NCBI RefSeq assembly: GCF_038025025.1
Contig: NW_027117344.1
Location: forward strand, 248,001 to 312,000
DNA: 64,000 nucleotides
Direction of reading: 5' to 3'
Source: Phyllosticta citribraziliensis
Taxonomy: Eukaryota
Below, one piece after another: positions 61,148 to 64,000 of this stretch. Each line of letters opens with the position of its first letter. Position 1 is the stretch's first letter. The translations under genes were made by a program, and so were the position numbers. Below the pieces are notes generated by a model that had not been told where the DNA came from, made no database searches, and saw only the letters and a program-made list of their open reading frames with translations.

Positions 61148-63854
61148 ATGCCCGCTGCCGACAAGTCCCACCACCAGCGCAAACCGCCCAGGCGACATGT
61201 CACCACCGCCTGTCTAGCCTGTCGCGAGTCCAAAATCAAGGCTTGACTCTCGGAGCCTTGCTGTCCGGACAACAGCTAACCGTTCCCAGTGCGATGGCGG
61301 CCAGCCCAGCTGTGAAAAGTGCAAGACAAAGGGGAGAGAGTGCAAGTACTCGCAGGATGAGGACAAGAGGAGGTATGTCTCCACGTGCTCGTGGCTTGCC
61401 TGTTTGGGAAATAACTAGTTGCACAGAGTCTCGCTGCGTAACGCCATTGAAATCTTGTCCGCGCGCGTCGATCATTTGAGCCAGCACATTATCTCCAATG
61501 GCCTCCAATTGCCTCCGATGGAGCCCGAGGCCCAGGCCAGCCTCTCTCGCATTCTCGAAGTGTTGCGCTTACCTGCCGCCAAATCCGCCGCTTTGAGGGC
61601 GCCAGTCTCGTCAGGCTTGGAGAATTCTCCGGAACGTGGACAGCCCTCCTTGGACTTCGCGCCCGCAGGCTTTGACTGGAATTTCCTCGAAACTCAACAT
61701 TGGCCCGCGCCGTTTGGAGAGAATGTAAACCCCCACTCGGGATTCACGTCTAGCGTCGATCCATCGTCCATTACCAGAGCGCCCATGGTCGAACAGCTCG
61801 CCGCCGCCGCAAACAACATGACCTCGCCCCAGACGACTCAATCGTACGTTTCGCCTTCGAGGGCCCAATCTTTGACCACGCCACCCGCCGTGAGCATGAC
61901 GACTCCGTCAACCCAGAGCGTGCCAGCATTGGAGCACAGTGGACCGACGGACAATTCGGCCGACGACAGCGAGGACGAAAGCGAGGACGAACTCATCAAG
62001 CAAATATCCACCCGGATGGGCTCCTTGCAGCTTGCGCCGGATGGCCACCTGCGTTACTATGGCGCCACCTCTAATATCCTGTGTGATTTCCCCGACACCG
62101 ACCACACCCAGACCAGGCGAACCGTCCGGAGAGATGGTCGGGACGTGCTTGAGGCTGCCAACTTGGACAAGACGGTGGATCCATCCATCGAGGGACATTT
62201 GATCAGCCTCTACTTTGCCTGGCAGGAGCCTTTTTTCCATGTCGTCGACGAGAAGATGTACCACATTGGAAAGGAGGAGTGGCGCCAAGAAAAGAAGGAC
62301 GTTGCCTATTACTCCGAGGTCCTCACAAATGCCATGTGTGCGGCCGGCGCGGCCTTTGACGCTCGATACCACCCCAATTTCGTGACTTGGCCAAAATCTC
62401 TGTCTGACTATTTTGCCGACCGAGCAAAGGCTTTGTTGGAACTGGAGATGGACAGTCCCTGCATTGCGACAGTCCAGGCCTTGGTCATTCTTGGAAGTCA
62501 CGAAATGGCTTGCAAAAGGGACGCACGGGGTTGGCTCTATAGCGGAATGGCCATGCGCCTGGCGTTTGACCTTGGCCTGCACCTTGACATGTCCTCTTAT
62601 GTAAGACAGGGCAAAATCAGTGCGACTGAAGCCGAGATTCGCCGTGTAACGTTTTGGGGTGCCTATATTGTGGACCATCTCTCTGGATTCTACTATGGGA
62701 GACCGGTTCGCATCAACAATGGCGACATTTCTGTGGCCAAGCCGACGTCTGATCCGTCATCGGCCATAATGAGCGCCTGGGTGCCGTACGGTTTGCACAG
62801 CCCAATGGCCTCGGATCCTTCATTGATGTTTCAGGTCCCATTGGAACTAGTCTCTCGTGCTACGGTCGAGTTGTGCGAAATCATGGAGCCCCTTGGCCAT
62901 GTCCTCTATGGCGTTTCCAACATTTCGCGCCAAGATCTCCATCTTCTTTCTTACAAGGTCACCGGCCAAATATTTGAATGGAAAGCCAATCTGCAGCCTC
63001 TTCTCCAGGTCGACTACCAGGACACCAACACTGCCTACCTACCGCAAGTGTTGTTGCTTCACATGCTCTACCACCAGTTTATCATTTACATTCACCGACC
63101 GTACGTCTCCAGAACCTACATTCAGCCGTCTCCGCCACAGGGTCCTGGTCATATGCACGCCCAGCAAATGTGCATCGAAAGCGCAACCGCCATTGTCGAG
63201 CTTCTGCGTCTGTACGAGCAACGCTACACTTTTCGCCGCATGAATATCCAAGCGGTGTCCATCATCTTTACCACCTCTTTAATTCTCATCTTTCTCATTT
63301 GCTCCAAGCAGCGCGGCTCGCCTCCCCCTGTGACGGCAAGCTCCCCCTCGACGGCCAATGCCACTGAAAACGCCGTGGCATATCTCAGCGTCTGCTTCCG
63401 CGCCCTCGAGGACCTCACGCAAAGCTACGACAGTGCGCGCAGGACACGCGAGTTTCTCGTCGCTCTCCAGCAGCGCTGGCAAAAACAAGCTCGCAACCAC
63501 GGTGGCAAACGCGGCCTCAAAGACCGTTCCACGGCCGCATCGCCTCGACATGAAAAGAAACGACCACGAGCCAGCACCTATGACGTCGCAGCTGGTGGAC
63601 CTCAGGGCATTGTTGGCAACGGCAACCTGACGCGACACAATTCCCTCGTTGGAACTTCGGCAGTGTCAAGAGGGGTTGCAGCACCGAACAACCACGGCGA
63701 CCTACAAGAGTTTGACTATTCTGGATTCGGCGGCCCCGACTTTGCGGCTGCAGCGTCCGCGAGAGAACAACACCACAGTCCGGATTCTCTAGGCGAAGAC
63801 TTGTTGGCGCAGCTGTGCTCGATTGGACCGGCGGGGTCAGTCACGTTTCCTTGA
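61148..63854 (+). CDS. Zn2Cys6 transcription factor with fungal TF middle region (NirA-like); introns 61241-61289 (GC-AG) and 61373-61426
   Basis: TACLACRESKIK|CDGGQPSCEKCKTKGRECKY; DGHLRYYGATSN, LYFAWQEPFFHVV, GWLYSGMAMRLAFDLGLHLD, RRVTFWGAYIVD and IYIHRPY. Confidence 0.88.
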
Positions 63855-64000
63855 AGACTGACGAGGCAATCTTTCCCCGTCGACAGCCCGCGTGATGCGA
63901 GCAAGGGTCCCCGCCTCATCGTCATCTTGGAGTCAACCCATTGCGCACAGCTTGATGCGCCATTACGGCAGGCAAAATACCTGCCGAGACTCGTGCCGGG

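Overview
Gene-dense, GC-rich region of a filamentous ascomycete (Pezizomycotina) nuclear genome, judged from short GT-AG introns with CTAAC/CTGAC branch sites and fungal-specific gene families. About 19 protein-coding genes can be supported: a 5'-truncated Ser/Ala/Leu/Asn/Pro tandem-repeat protein, kynurenine formamidase, mitochondrial stomatin-like protein, a ~2300-aa Trp-acidic/poly-Lys repeat protein, a conserved hypothetical, an RGS-like/LOV photoreceptor, two Zn2Cys6 factors, ARF1, a U1-type zinc-finger protein, TIM54, MSH5, TSC10, SAS10, a fungal-luciferase (Luz/DUF5519)-like protein, EMC5, EF-1beta (hosting snoRNA U18/snR18 in an intron) and HSP78. The most unusual DNA is non-coding. 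(i) A ~1.65 kb array (4124-5777) of ~12 copies of a palindromic module, whose intervening segments are degenerate copies of the neighbouring gene's coding repeats, followed by a RIP-like MITE between two poly-A tracts. (ii) A heavily decayed five-unit ~450-bp tandem array (40200-42300) in which a TATA-like/initiator-like/ATG layout is conserved on the minus strand. All family assignments come from recognising motifs by eye; no database search was run.
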